The notes: generated by a model not told the origin, from the letters alone. A stretch of 64,000 nucleotides of DNA from SAR202 cluster bacterium (GCA_022448725.1 JAKUTR010000012.1:4066-68065), one strand, 5' to 3'; positions 1-10,071 are shown, counted from the first letter of the stretch. Translations and numbers: made by a program.

Positions 1-1856
1 TTATTATCGCGGCACTTGTCCCCATGCGAGTCTACGTTGTAAGCACCGCGGTTGATATATGGAATATGGGTCGGCAACCATTGCTTAGTTTTGAGGATGA
101 GTTTGCCAGACTGTTCTCCGGTATAGCATCCAAGAAAAACCTTGATGGCCGCTTCTTTGGAAAAACATTGCCTTTCGAGGGAAAAATTTCCTTCGCCGGT
201 GACGTTGTTATGTGGGCTAACTCCGAGAAACCAACTTACTGGTTGTCTCGATCATACGATGAGTACACATCTCAGGGGTGGAAAACAAGTGCGGCTAACA
301 CCCTGCAGGTCAATCCTGAGGGATTACCGCCTCCACCTCAAAACTCAGATAATCGCACCCTCGCATTTCATAGGATACAACTCACCTTCCAATCCCAAGA
401 TGCTTTCACGGGAGGTAACGTCGATTGGGTCAGTCGTGATGCGGTCGTGGAAACGTTGCATCCAAAGTTCTGGCAAATTGACGTAAAGGACGCATCCGAC
501 GATAGCGGCTTACCTCAAGACGTACAACAAGTTGCCCAAAAAATCAGACAAGCACTGGACCCTCCTCAGCACCAATTTGTCAAATCAATTGTTCATGATC
601 TGCTTCCAAAGGATTTGTTAGTTATGGACATTACTCGTGGGGGCGACGGGAACGATTGGCGAAACCAACAGACAGTAACTCTGCGCCGCCAGGACCCAGA
701 ATACCCCGTAGTGGTGAATTGGAAATTCAAAGACCCGCTTCCTAAAGACCAGTCATACAGCATCTACTCATTCGTTTCCGAATCAACGAACAACCAACTA
801 AGAGGAGCCGGTGCTGACTACCCTCATGTTCTTACGGACTACTACTTACAACTACCGAGTTCACTACCAAGCCGTGTCCGCAAGTTGGCGAATCAGATTA
901 CTGAATCAGCAAAAAACCCGCTCGACAAGGCGCTTGCAATAGAGCAATACCTACGTAGTGAGGATAATTTCACCTACTCCCAAGATATAGATCGCCCACC
1001 ACCTGACAGAGACGGCGTGGACTGGTTTTTATTCGAAACTAAGACCGGCTACTCTGACTACTTCGCATCCTCAATGGTTGTAATGTTACGTACAGTTGGG
1101 ATCCCATCTCGGATGGCTGTCGGCTACGGCCCTGGCAATTCAATTGGCACCCCTGGCCAACGTACAATCAAAGATTCTGATAGCCATGGGTGGGTCCAAG
1201 CATTCTTCCCTGGACACGGATGGATCAATTTCGAACCAACGATTGCATGGCCGGCGATAGAACGTGATGAGGGCGATCTAGCCGATGCATCGATTGAAGA
1301 ATCTGAAAACCAACTAGGTGATCTGGACGCTGGCGATAGCCTCGTGGCAAGCGAACTTGATGTCTGTGAAGAAGTACAACTTGACGATCCATTGGAAGCT
1401 TTCATAAATCCTGAATGCTACACCGACGAAGAGATCGCCGAAGCATCAATGACGCCAGAAGAACCAATAGCTAGCTCGATAACAGTCTTCATTTATCTAG
1501 CCATTGGCCTTTTGTCGATAGCAGGCCTGTGGATTGTCGTATGGGGTATTTGGAACCTACGCCTTCATGGCAAAGAGAGGCCGGAGAAGGTGTATATCAA
1601 AATGAGAAGACTTGCCCGACTCGCAGGTATTACTCATCAGCCAAACCAGACTCCTATGGAGTACAGTCGTCAAATCAGTGCAGTCCTACCTGCAAGCGCT
1701 GCTAGCGCAGAAGCAATCGCTTGGAATTTCACGGTCGGACGCTACAGCAACACTGTTCCTTCGCCAAACATTTTGATAGAACTCGAACGACACTGGAAAG
1801 CTCTACGGAGTGGCCTGATCAGTAGGACCTTCAAACGCGCTCTTCCTATGAATTGA
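1..1856 (+). CDS. Transglutaminase-like (TgpA-type) membrane protein with C-terminal DUF4129-like region; 5' partial
   Basis: Frame is open from the window edge (IIAALVP before the ATG at 24). Motifs GYSDYFASSMVVMLR, SHGWVQ and GWINFEPT; TM helix, then QTPMEY C-terminal domain. Confidence 0.85.
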   Translation, partial: IIAALVPMRVYVVSTAVDIWNMGRQPLLSFEDEFARLFSGIASKKNLDGRFFGKTLPFEGKISFAGDVVMWANSEKPTYWLSRSYDEYTSQGWKTSAANTLQVNPEGLPPPPQNSDNRTLAFHRIQLTFQSQDAFTGGNVDWVSRDAVVETLHPKFWQIDVKDASDDSGLPQDVQQVAQKIRQALDPPQHQFVKSIVHDLLPKDLLVMDITRGGDGNDWRNQQTVTLRRQDPEYPVVVNWKFKDPLPKDQSYSIYSFVSESTNNQLRGAGADYPHVLTDYYLQLPSSLPSRVRKLANQITESAKNPLDKALAIEQYLRSEDNFTYSQDIDRPPPDRDGVDWFLFETKTGYSDYFASSMVVMLRTVGIPSRMAVGYGPGNSIGTPGQRTIKDSDSHGWVQAFFPGHGWINFEPTIAWPAIERDEGDLADASIEESENQLGDLDAGDSLVASELDVCEEVQLDDPLEAFINPECYTDEEIAEASMTPEEPIASSITVFIYLAIGLLSIAGLWIVVWGIWNLRLHGKERPEKVYIKMRRLARLAGITHQPNQTPMEYSRQISAVLPASAASAEAIAWNFTVGRYSNTVPSPNILIELERHWKALRSGLISRTFKRALPMN

Positions 1857-1866
1857 CTGAACCAGG

Positions 1867-2409
1867 ATGTCAAATCTGTACTATGACATTTTTGAGACGT
1901 CCGAAGGGTGGGTGGGCGTTCTTGCTTCCTCCAAAGGCTTGAGAAGGACCACTCTACCCGAGCTCAGCCCAGATCTCTGCGCTGAGCAACTACAACCAGA
2001 CCTAAGGATAGCTGTAGAATCGCCAAAGAGGTTCAGAGATATACGATCAAAAATAATAAGTTTCCTAGCTGGCAATCAGGTCGATTTCTCAAATGAACAC
2101 CTCGATTTCGGCTCTTCAAGCCCCTTTCTCCGTGCTGTGTGGGAAGCTTGCACGGTTATCCCTAATGGAGAGACTCGTTCATATAAGTGGCTTGCTTCAG
2201 AAGCCAGCTACCCAAATGCCTCTCGGGCTGCCGGACAAGCCATGGCTCGTAATCGCCTACCAATTGTTATTCCCTGTCACAGAGTTATCCGAAGCGATGG
2301 GTCGCTGGGAGGCTATGGTAGCGGGCAAAATCGACTGCGGTTAAAACGGCGCTTACTGGCAATCGAAGCTGCTACAACAAGCGAACAGCCAAAGGTAGAG
2401 GCTGGTTAA
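1867..2409 (+). CDS. ogt: Methylated-DNA--protein-cysteine S-methyltransferase
   Basis: IPCHRV active-site motif; IPNGETRSY and RAAGQAMARN helix-turn-helix region. Confidence 0.95.
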   Translation: MSNLYYDIFETSEGWVGVLASSKGLRRTTLPELSPDLCAEQLQPDLRIAVESPKRFRDIRSKIISFLAGNQVDFSNEHLDFGSSSPFLRAVWEACTVIPNGETRSYKWLASEASYPNASRAAGQAMARNRLPIVIPCHRVIRSDGSLGGYGSGQNRLRLKRRLLAIEAATTSEQPKVEAG

Positions 2410-5400
2410 GTTCCGTTCGACTCTGAAGTCCTAACTTCTCCAAATTGTCCTAAGATCTGCCTTAGATCTGACTGCAATTCGTCTGATATATCTATCCGCA
2501 CGAACGGCCATTCCATTACGAACACATCTCCCTGAACTGCGATCTCTAACGTCACTTGGTCCCCACCCTGATGGTTCAGCAGAGTCTGTTTGATATCGTC
2601 AAGCACCTGGGTATCGTGATCCAAGTTACCTGTCTCTTGTATGCGTAGAGTCAATTGACGGGAAAGTGATTTGTGTGAATCGGATCCATTTACGGCTCCA
2701 TTACCTGAGGTGGGCTTACGCTGCGCAGGCAAATCTGTGCCCACCCCCTGGGACACCTGATGTCCATTTCCATTCGAAGGCGACTCTAGCTTGAGGGGCA
2801 TAACGAGGTTCGGTGCTTGTGCCACAGGTTCTTCCTGTCCCAGATCATCAGCGCCGTCTACAATTTCATCAGGGAGCTTATATTCTTCCGCCGTAAGACA
2901 GGCAAGCCCTACTCTATCCTCACGAACACGAACACTCGCTGCCACAGTCACAAGTGTCCCTTCATTCCACAAATTCTGGGTTTTTCGCAAGATGTTGTCC
3001 CAGACAAATAATTCAATTGTGGAAGTGTCCATAAAAACGAGAGTCACAATACCGTATATCTTGCCTTCTCTAGACGACCTTTGCTGGACAGATCCGACTT
3101 CTGCGTTGACGACAATCCTCTGGCCTTCTAACTCTATTCCAATATCTCTAGCAGAGAGAATTGCAGCATCACCCGTGTTCGCAAGTATGGCAAGCCTATC
3201 TTGCCCCGTTAGACTGAACCCAAGTAACTCAATCTCCCATTCCCTTTTCTGTGCGTCAGATGTTGAGCGAGCACCTAGCTCAATCTTGGTCAGAGGAGCA
3301 TCAGAACTTTCTCCCAAAACCTCAAACATTGAAGCTTGGTCAGAATTTTTCAGAGCAGTTTCACTGTGGGCAACCGACTGAATTCTTTCAATTGCGTCCA
3401 CTAGTGCTCCTCGGTCTCCATACTGATCCAAGGCACCAGCCATAATAAGACTCTCTAGAGTTTTACGATTGAGCCCACTAAGGTCAGCTCCTCTTGCAAG
3501 TTCTTCGACCGTAGCAGGTTCGTCGTCTAACTCCGTTTTTGACTTGATGAACTCCTCAACCACGCCTGTGCCCACATTCTTGATTGACGCCAAACCAACT
3601 CTAAGCGCCACTCTGTTATCATCTAACTGCTCAATGGCATACCCGGGTTGACTCTTCAGCAGATCTGGAGGTAGCACGGGGATCTTCAACCTGCGACACT
3701 CTGCAACAGCGGCGCGCGCCCGGTCAGCATTTTGGCCATACGCATTTAATAGACAGACCAGGTACTCTTCAGGAAAATTGGCCTTGAAGTAGGCCGTCCA
3801 GTATGAGATCAGCGCGTAGCTAACCGCATGCGCTTTATTAAAGCCATAACCCGCAAAGGGTTCGATGAGAGCATATACTTCCTCCACAAGTTCTTTGGAG
3901 TGTCCGTTCGCGATCGCTCCGTCAAAAAAGGTTTCCCTTTCTTGCGCCATTAGTTCTGGGATTTTTTTACCCATGGCCTTTCGGAGAGTATCTGCTTCCC
4001 CCAAGGTGTAACCAGCAAAGGATTGAGCAATAAGCATCACTTGTTCTTGATTGACTACAAGTCCATATGTTTCTTGGAGAATCCCATCAATGTCCGGGTG
4101 AAGGCTCCTCACCTCCCGCCTGCCATGCTTTGCCTCAATAAATACCCCGATATGTTCCATCGGCCCCGGGCGGAAAAGAGCAATCATCGACGCGATATCT
4201 TCTAGCGACGATGGCTTGAGTTGCTTGATGTGGCGTGTCATGCCATCACCTTCAAGCTGGAAAACTCCCATCGTCTCACCATTCGACAATAGGTCGTAAG
4301 TCTTCTTATCGTCAAAACTTAAACTACGATGATCTACTGTGATACCCCGTGTATCTTTGACGAGGTCCCGAACGTTCGCGAGAATCGTTAGGTTGATCAG
4401 ACCGAGAAAATCCATCTTAAGTAGACCCAGTGCTTCCACAGAATTCATCGCGTACTGTGTAGTAGGCAAACCTGAGTCTTCGACGTCACCTTTACTAGAA
4501 AGCTGTAGAGGTATAAAGTCATCAAGCGGATCACCAGACATGACGACACCCGCAGCATGAGTGCTTGAATGCCGTGTGATCCCCTCAAGTCCACGTGCTG
4601 TGTCAACCAGCGTCCTAACCCCTTCATCAGCTCCATAAATCTCCTGCAGTTCAGGAGTAGTTTCTAAAGCTTCATCAAGGCTGATCTTTAGACGGTTGGG
4701 CACCAAACGTGCAACGGTATCCACATCAGAGTAAGCCATCGCCAAAGCTCGCCCGGTATCACGGAGTGAAGCTTTGGCCCCTAAGGTTCCAAAGGTTATT
4801 ATTTGAGCTACGTGATCACTTCCATATTTCTCGACTACGTAGTTCAGAACTTCCTCGCGCCGATCATCCTGAAAATCCATGTCGATATCAGGCATTTCCT
4901 TACGTTCTACGTTCAAAAAACGCTCAAATACGAGATTGTAATTCAAAGGGTTCACATCGGTTACACCGAGACAATAAAGAACTAAACTCGCGGCAGCACT
5001 ACCTCGCACCGCTAATTCAATACGTTGACGTCTCACAAACTGGGCAATATCCCAAACTACCAGAAAGTAGGTGGCGTATTGAGTCTGTCGAATCACGTCA
5101 AGTTCTTGGATAAGACGTGACCACTCCTGATCTCCAGGATCAGTAATTAATCGCCCTAGCCCTTCTTTACATATACTCTCCAGGTACTGGTCAGCATCTA
5201 GACCATTCGGCACCTCAAATTTCGGTAGGTGTAGCGACCCAAAATCCATCTCCAAATTACATTTCTCGGCAATCTTTTGGGTATTGGTAATAGCTTCTGG
5301 CACATCACTAAAAAGATCTGCCATCTCCTGGGGACTCCTTAGATAAAAGGTGTTCCCATCAAAACGCATCCGTTTCTCATCATTTATATTCGTGTTGGTT

Positions 5401-6062
5401 TGGATACAGAGTAGGATGTCATGGAGGTGGTGTTCATCTGGCGTAGTGTAGTGACTATCGTTTGTCGCTACCAAAGGGATGCCTGTCTCCCGATGCAACT
5501 GCATCAGCCCGCTTCGAATCGCAGGTAAATCAGGGACTCCATCATGCTCCATCAATTCAAGGTGATAGTCCGGAAAGCGCTCGCGGTACCAGTTTGCTGC
5601 TTTCTTTGCCTCTTCCATCCGGCCGGCTCCTACAAGAGATGGAATCTCACCACTAGGACAACCGGACAACACGACTAATCCTTCACTGTGATACTCCAAC
5701 AATTCTCTATCGACCCGTGGTTTGTAGTAGTAACCTTCAAGATGTGACTTAGTAACAAGCTTCACCAGATTTGAGTAACCGATCTTGTCTTTGGCGAGAA
5801 CTGTCAAGTGGTATCGCCCTTTGTCCTCCGGCGTCCGATCCGAACGGCCGTTCAAGGCCACATACATTTCGCAACCAATGATGGGCCGCACACCTGCTGA
5901 TTTAGCTATCTGATAAAAGTCGATAGCCCCATAAAGACCACCATGATCGGTGATCGCGAGTGATTCCATCCCTAGCTCTTTACACCGTGCTACGAGTGGC
6001 TCTAATTGACTCAGACCATCAAGCATCGAGTACTCAGTGTGTGTATGCAGATGCGTGAACAA
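2406..6062 (-). CDS. dnaE: DNA polymerase III alpha subunit
   Basis: PHP domain (HLHTHTEYS, AITDHG, NDSHY), RGSAA, MPDIDMDF, KMDFLGL, YGFNKAHA, OB fold. TTG start with GGGAGG SD. Confidence 0.98.
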   Translation of the reverse strand: MFTHLHTHTEYSMLDGLSQLEPLVARCKELGMESLAITDHGGLYGAIDFYQIAKSAGVRPIIGCEMYVALNGRSDRTPEDKGRYHLTVLAKDKIGYSNLVKLVTKSHLEGYYYKPRVDRELLEYHSEGLVVLSGCPSGEIPSLVGAGRMEEAKKAANWYRERFPDYHLELMEHDGVPDLPAIRSGLMQLHRETGIPLVATNDSHYTTPDEHHLHDILLCIQTNTNINDEKRMRFDGNTFYLRSPQEMADLFSDVPEAITNTQKIAEKCNLEMDFGSLHLPKFEVPNGLDADQYLESICKEGLGRLITDPGDQEWSRLIQELDVIRQTQYATYFLVVWDIAQFVRRQRIELAVRGSAAASLVLYCLGVTDVNPLNYNLVFERFLNVERKEMPDIDMDFQDDRREEVLNYVVEKYGSDHVAQIITFGTLGAKASLRDTGRALAMAYSDVDTVARLVPNRLKISLDEALETTPELQEIYGADEGVRTLVDTARGLEGITRHSSTHAAGVVMSGDPLDDFIPLQLSSKGDVEDSGLPTTQYAMNSVEALGLLKMDFLGLINLTILANVRDLVKDTRGITVDHRSLSFDDKKTYDLLSNGETMGVFQLEGDGMTRHIKQLKPSSLEDIASMIALFRPGPMEHIGVFIEAKHGRREVRSLHPDIDGILQETYGLVVNQEQVMLIAQSFAGYTLGEADTLRKAMGKKIPELMAQERETFFDGAIANGHSKELVEEVYALIEPFAGYGFNKAHAVSYALISYWTAYFKANFPEEYLVCLLNAYGQNADRARAAVAECRRLKIPVLPPDLLKSQPGYAIEQLDDNRVALRVGLASIKNVGTGVVEEFIKSKTELDDEPATVEELARGADLSGLNRKTLESLIMAGALDQYGDRGALVDAIERIQSVAHSETALKNSDQASMFEVLGESSDAPLTKIELGARSTSDAQKREWEIELLGFSLTGQDRLAILANTGDAAILSARDIGIELEGQRIVVNAEVGSVQQRSSREGKIYGIVTLVFMDTSTIELFVWDNILRKTQNLWNEGTLVTVAASVRVREDRVGLACLTAEEYKLPDEIVDGADDLGQEEPVAQAPNLVMPLKLESPSNGNGHQVSQGVGTDLPAQRKPTSGNGAVNGSDSHKSLSRQLTLRIQETGNLDHDTQVLDDIKQTLLNHQGGDQVTLEIAVQGDVFVMEWPFVRIDISDELQSDLRQILGQFGEVRTSESNGT

Positions 6063-6070
6063 GTGCCCTC

Positions 6071-6109
6071 CCCGACGCTATGTCCGTAAGCAGTGATTAT
6101 AGCGTCGGG
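6071..6109. promoter_or_regulatory. 11-bp perfect inverted repeat overlapping the dnaE -10 box and SD
   Basis: CCCGACGCTAT-N17-ATAGCGTCGGG; minus-strand TATAAT at 6101-6096. Confidence 0.55.
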
Positions 6110-6213
6110 AGACACATTAAAACCATGTCACACCCATGGATTTTGGACCAATATTGAAGCGCGACTAGTCAAGCGAACTCACTAGTGTAGGATCTATAAT
6201 ATCGGTATAGCCA

Positions 6214-6567
6214 ATGAAAATTATCATCGTCACCCGCAACTTATTTTTCCTCCCTCGTATACAAAATGCGGCAACGCCACACGGGCATATAGTCCGACAG
6301 ACTGAGTCATTAGATCGATTCAATAAAGAATACGATCAAAACGACACCGCTCTTGTATTGATTGATCTCGAGGAAGACCCTGATCTATGGCTGAATATCG
6401 TTGGGCAAATTCTTGCGGACAAAAAGAGAAAGCCTAGGCTTGTCGCTTATGGTCCCCATTCTGATACGACTAGTCAGGAAACTGCCCAAGAGGCAGGGTG
6501 TGACACCGTGCTCACAAAAGGTGAATTCAGTCGAGACCTAGTCGAGTTGATCGCGTCATCCAGCTAG
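6214..6567 (+). CDS. Stand-alone atypical response-regulator receiver domain protein
   Basis: CheY-like pattern (LVLIDL, AQEAGCDTVLTK) without the acidic pair after beta1. Confidence 0.7.
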   Translation: MKIIIVTRNLFFLPRIQNAATPHGHIVRQTESLDRFNKEYDQNDTALVLIDLEEDPDLWLNIVGQILADKKRKPRLVAYGPHSDTTSQETAQEAGCDTVLTKGEFSRDLVELIASSS

Positions 6568-6860
6568 TCTAGAACTATTCTGTTACCTAGATGAAGTTGA
6601 CCGGCAAACTTCATGTTGCCATCCCTGATCCAAAGTAATCTAACTACCATATCGCGCGCCATTTTGGCTCGGTCGGGATAACGTACTACAGTGGTTTGGG
6701 GTCTGAATCAATATGCAGGTGTAGTATCTACAAGCTATAGGGATACGGGTAAGATTTCTCTAGCATAGAACTTTGACCACCGGGTTGTGCACACGATATG
6801 GTTCAGCGGACATCCACCATATCGGTTTGATGTCGTAACCCTGTGGCCTGGAGGCAGATT

Positions 6861-8093
6861 GTGAAAATTACTAACGTGGAAGTGTTCCCCATCTACCCTC
6901 CACTAGCAAAGCGATACCGGGATAATCCAGCGCGAAATGGCCATGAGCATCGGGTGGCCGCCAAAGTCACTACTGACATTGGCATAACAGGATTCGGTGA
7001 CTTTGACGGATCAGACCCCCCTCCGAGCGAAACATTTGAACCACTAATCGATACCAACCCTTTCAATTACATTGGGTCTGACCTAAACCCTGCAGTCGTG
7101 ATGGCAATGTATGACATTATGGGGAAATACCTAGAGATTCCGGCGTACAAGCTCATTGGACAAAAACGCCGAGATGGAGTCTCTTCTGCTGCATGGTGTT
7201 GGGGAGGCCCTACAAAGGAAGAATTAACTGACGACATCATCCGTGCGACCAACGACGGATACACTATCTTCAAGATACATACGAACCCGTTAGAGGACGT
7301 TTTCGAGTGGACAAAAGCGATTGAAGAGGTCGCACCACCGGGTTTTAAAGTACATCTTGACTTCACCGGGCGCCGTGGCAGAACACTTGGCTCGGTACTC
7401 CCTATAGTTGCTCAACTTGAGCGAAATCACCCAATCATAGGTTGGATAGAAGACCCATTCGACACAGCAGATATTGAGAGTTGGCGTGAACTGAGACGCC
7501 GAACGCAACTGCCCATCGTACACGGCGGGACCACTAAGCTCGGTGGTGGGCATGAAGCCCTAATGGGCATGGCAGATGCCTACATGATGTATCCACCCAT
7601 TGGGAACCTAATTAATACGACCACCACGATGGGCAAACTAAATCTTCAGGTCATTTTACAATTCTGCGGCGGGACCCTAGCCAAGTCTATGGCTATGCAC
7701 ATCGCTTGCACAATGCCCACCGCCACGGGGCACTCGATCCATCTCGATGATCAACTAGACGCAGTTGACGATATCACGCATAAGCGTTTCTCCGTAGCGG
7801 AGGGGTTCTCTAGGGTGTCAGAAGAACCAGGGCTAGGATTCGAAGTCGACGAGGAATTACTTTACAAATACAAGGATAACGTACCCGATGAGATAGCTCC
7901 TTACATTGGGGTCGTACGGTTAGGTGGAGGTCATAGCATATATTCCCTCCGCCAACCTAATCTGGTGAAAATTATGGGGCAAGAAGAAGGCACTATCCGT
8001 AACTTCACGTATAATCGCTGGTTTGACGATGGCTCCGAACAGTGGGCACAAACGTACGAAAGGGTCACCAATGAGGAGTGGTACATCGATTAA
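6861..8093 (+). CDS. Mandelate racemase/muconate lactonizing enzyme (enolase superfamily) protein
   Basis: KITNVEVFP, TDIGITGFGD, MAMYDIMGK, WIEDP, PGLGFEVDE. GTG at 6861 follows GGAGG. Confidence 0.9.
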   Translation: MKITNVEVFPIYPPLAKRYRDNPARNGHEHRVAAKVTTDIGITGFGDFDGSDPPPSETFEPLIDTNPFNYIGSDLNPAVVMAMYDIMGKYLEIPAYKLIGQKRRDGVSSAAWCWGGPTKEELTDDIIRATNDGYTIFKIHTNPLEDVFEWTKAIEEVAPPGFKVHLDFTGRRGRTLGSVLPIVAQLERNHPIIGWIEDPFDTADIESWRELRRRTQLPIVHGGTTKLGGGHEALMGMADAYMMYPPIGNLINTTTTMGKLNLQVILQFCGGTLAKSMAMHIACTMPTATGHSIHLDDQLDAVDDITHKRFSVAEGFSRVSEEPGLGFEVDEELLYKYKDNVPDEIAPYIGVVRLGGGHSIYSLRQPNLVKIMGQEEGTIRNFTYNRWFDDGSEQWAQTYERVTNEEWYID

Positions 8094-8149
8094 ATAAAGA
8101 GGCAAAACTGCTAGATGATTGCCTATAACGAACTAGTAGGTCATTAACA

Positions 8150-9892
8150 TCAATTAGACACCGCTCGCCTGTCTGCTCTCAATGTACTGGTAGCAACCTC
8201 ATCAACTGCCATTGATTCCTCGTTAATAACTACGCCATATTCCTTGCGAACATATTCTATCGTCAGTCGCTCTTCCATAACATCCTCAAGTACGAGTAAA
8301 GGGTCACGATCAAGCGGATCGCCCCAACCACCTCCACTAGCCAAGACATGATGAATCACATCACCTTGTTTCATTGTTGTAACACCCATCGGGCTAACTA
8401 CGTATTCATCGTCTCGTCCTGGATTCACGATGTTCCACGACGGATCTCCAGATTTCCCTCCGTTAAGACCGTAGGCACGATTGCGACGCTTATCCGACCT
8501 TAACTGTAGTATGGCTTCATTCTCTAAAAGCCTGACCCTGCGAACAATCGATTGAGATGCACGGTACTTCCCAGGCCCTCCAGTATCTGGAAGAATCCCA
8601 TATTCCTCGATACGCACAGGTGACTCCACCTCTGCAATCTCAACTGGCGTGTTAGAGCTATTCCCCCCCGGGTGTGATGCACCTTGAGGCCCGTCTCCAT
8701 TAGGCCGGCCTCCCCTGCTACCAGCAAAAAGATCGACATAGGTGAACGGCCGGTGATCCAAATCGTACCCACCAATACTGATAATGGTGTTCCCGCCCTC
8801 TCCATCTGCAGGAACACGGTCAGGAACAATTTGAGCCAGACAACCAAAAACCGCCTCCATAATACGGTAGCCCACGATCCCCCTTGCCCCACAAGGAGCT
8901 GGATTAACAGGGTTTACCACGGAGGCTTCCGGAGCCGTCACTGTAATAGGATGATGAGAACCAGACGAATTGGGGATATTCACGTCCATCACTTGTCTAA
9001 CACCACCCCAAACAGAGGACTCTGTAAAATTCATTGGTGAGTTGATACCAGCTTTGACTTGAGGGGATGTCCCATTGAAGTCGACGTGCATAGACTCGCC
9101 TTCTACCGTCATCCGCACTTGAATTTTCACATCTCCCGTGTCGATATTGTCACCATCAATATAGTGGGTGAAATCATAGGTACCATCAGGCAGGCCAGCA
9201 ATCTCATTTCTCACCAGTTGCTCCGAGTAATGTAAGAGTGCATTGGTGTATTGTTGAACCATCGAAGTGCCATATCGGTCAACCAATTTGAGGTATTGCC
9301 TATCACCCATATTAGCTGCTGCGATTTGGGAACGGATATCTCCCAAAACATGATCCGGTACGCGCACATTCGTAGCCAATAGATCGAACATCGTCTCGTT
9401 GGGTTGCCCACGATCGTACAATTTCGTAGTTGGGATCCGTAAGCCTTCCTGGTATATTTCCCGGGAATTCGTAGAGTTACTTCCAGGGACAATACCTCCT
9501 ATATCGGTTTGGTGTGCAACTGTGCATGAAAACCCCTGTAACTCCTCTTCTGCAAATACTGGCTTAATTACGTATACATCGGGGAGGTGAATACCACCAG
9601 AAGTGTATGGATCATTCATTATGTAAATGTCGCCAGGATATATACGCCCAGTGAATTTGGTTAGTATTGAACGGACCGCTTGAGGGAATGAGCCCACGTG
9701 AAAAACGATGGTTACTCCCATCGCTATAGACTCTCCCTCACGTGTACAGAAACCTGTCGAAAAGTCCATGGCATCTTTTACGATACCGGAGTACGCGGTA
9801 CGCAAGATTGTTAGGGCCATCTCGTCAACAACAGTATCCAAAGCGTTGCGAACTACTTCAAAGGTGACTGGATCGATATCGCGGGGTAACAT
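8150..9892 (-). CDS. Hydantoinase B/oxoprolinase family protein
   Basis: DPVTFEVV, NDPYTSGGIHLPD, HQTDIGG, GGGWGDPLDRDP. Confidence 0.93.
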   Translation of the reverse strand: MLPRDIDPVTFEVVRNALDTVVDEMALTILRTAYSGIVKDAMDFSTGFCTREGESIAMGVTIVFHVGSFPQAVRSILTKFTGRIYPGDIYIMNDPYTSGGIHLPDVYVIKPVFAEEELQGFSCTVAHQTDIGGIVPGSNSTNSREIYQEGLRIPTTKLYDRGQPNETMFDLLATNVRVPDHVLGDIRSQIAAANMGDRQYLKLVDRYGTSMVQQYTNALLHYSEQLVRNEIAGLPDGTYDFTHYIDGDNIDTGDVKIQVRMTVEGESMHVDFNGTSPQVKAGINSPMNFTESSVWGGVRQVMDVNIPNSSGSHHPITVTAPEASVVNPVNPAPCGARGIVGYRIMEAVFGCLAQIVPDRVPADGEGGNTIISIGGYDLDHRPFTYVDLFAGSRGGRPNGDGPQGASHPGGNSSNTPVEIAEVESPVRIEEYGILPDTGGPGKYRASQSIVRRVRLLENEAILQLRSDKRRNRAYGLNGGKSGDPSWNIVNPGRDDEYVVSPMGVTTMKQGDVIHHVLASGGGWGDPLDRDPLLVLEDVMEERLTIEYVRKEYGVVINEESMAVDEVATSTLRADRRAVSN

Positions 9893-9898
9893 AAAAAG

Positions 9899-9927
9899 AG
9901 ATTAAGGTGTAGCATCCAGAACGTCAA
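9899..9927 (-). promoter_or_regulatory. Sigma70-type promoter of the hydantoinase B gene, probably leaderless
   Basis: TTGACG-N17-TAATCT-N6-ATG with no SD. Confidence 0.55.
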
Positions 9928-10071
9928 ACAGCAATGGAAGATCACCTTACTAACTAGTAACGCATGCCCTAGACCATCCATTATTGGGAACAATTCAGCA
10001 AATAAAATATTGGCACATTTGACAATTCTGAGTGCCCATCTGTAAATACAGTACCAACTAAGGAGTGCAAA

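Noticed and set aside
2791..5656. Long plus-strand ORFs antisense to dnaE (e.g. 196 aa at 2791-3381) and similar shadow ORFs opposite pnp, ispG, yebC, pyrD and the ABC permease
   Set aside because: They lie inside conserved genes, are Ser/Arg-rich, and have no SD or recognisable motifs; typical antisense-frame artefacts.
2406..6062. Possible intein or split in DnaE
   Set aside because: No intein boundary or endonuclease motifs; the extra length is a low-complexity linker before the C-terminal domain.
8150..9892. Hydantoinase B without an adjacent A subunit (likewise phhB without phhA)
   Set aside because: Unlinked partners are common and cannot be judged from one window.
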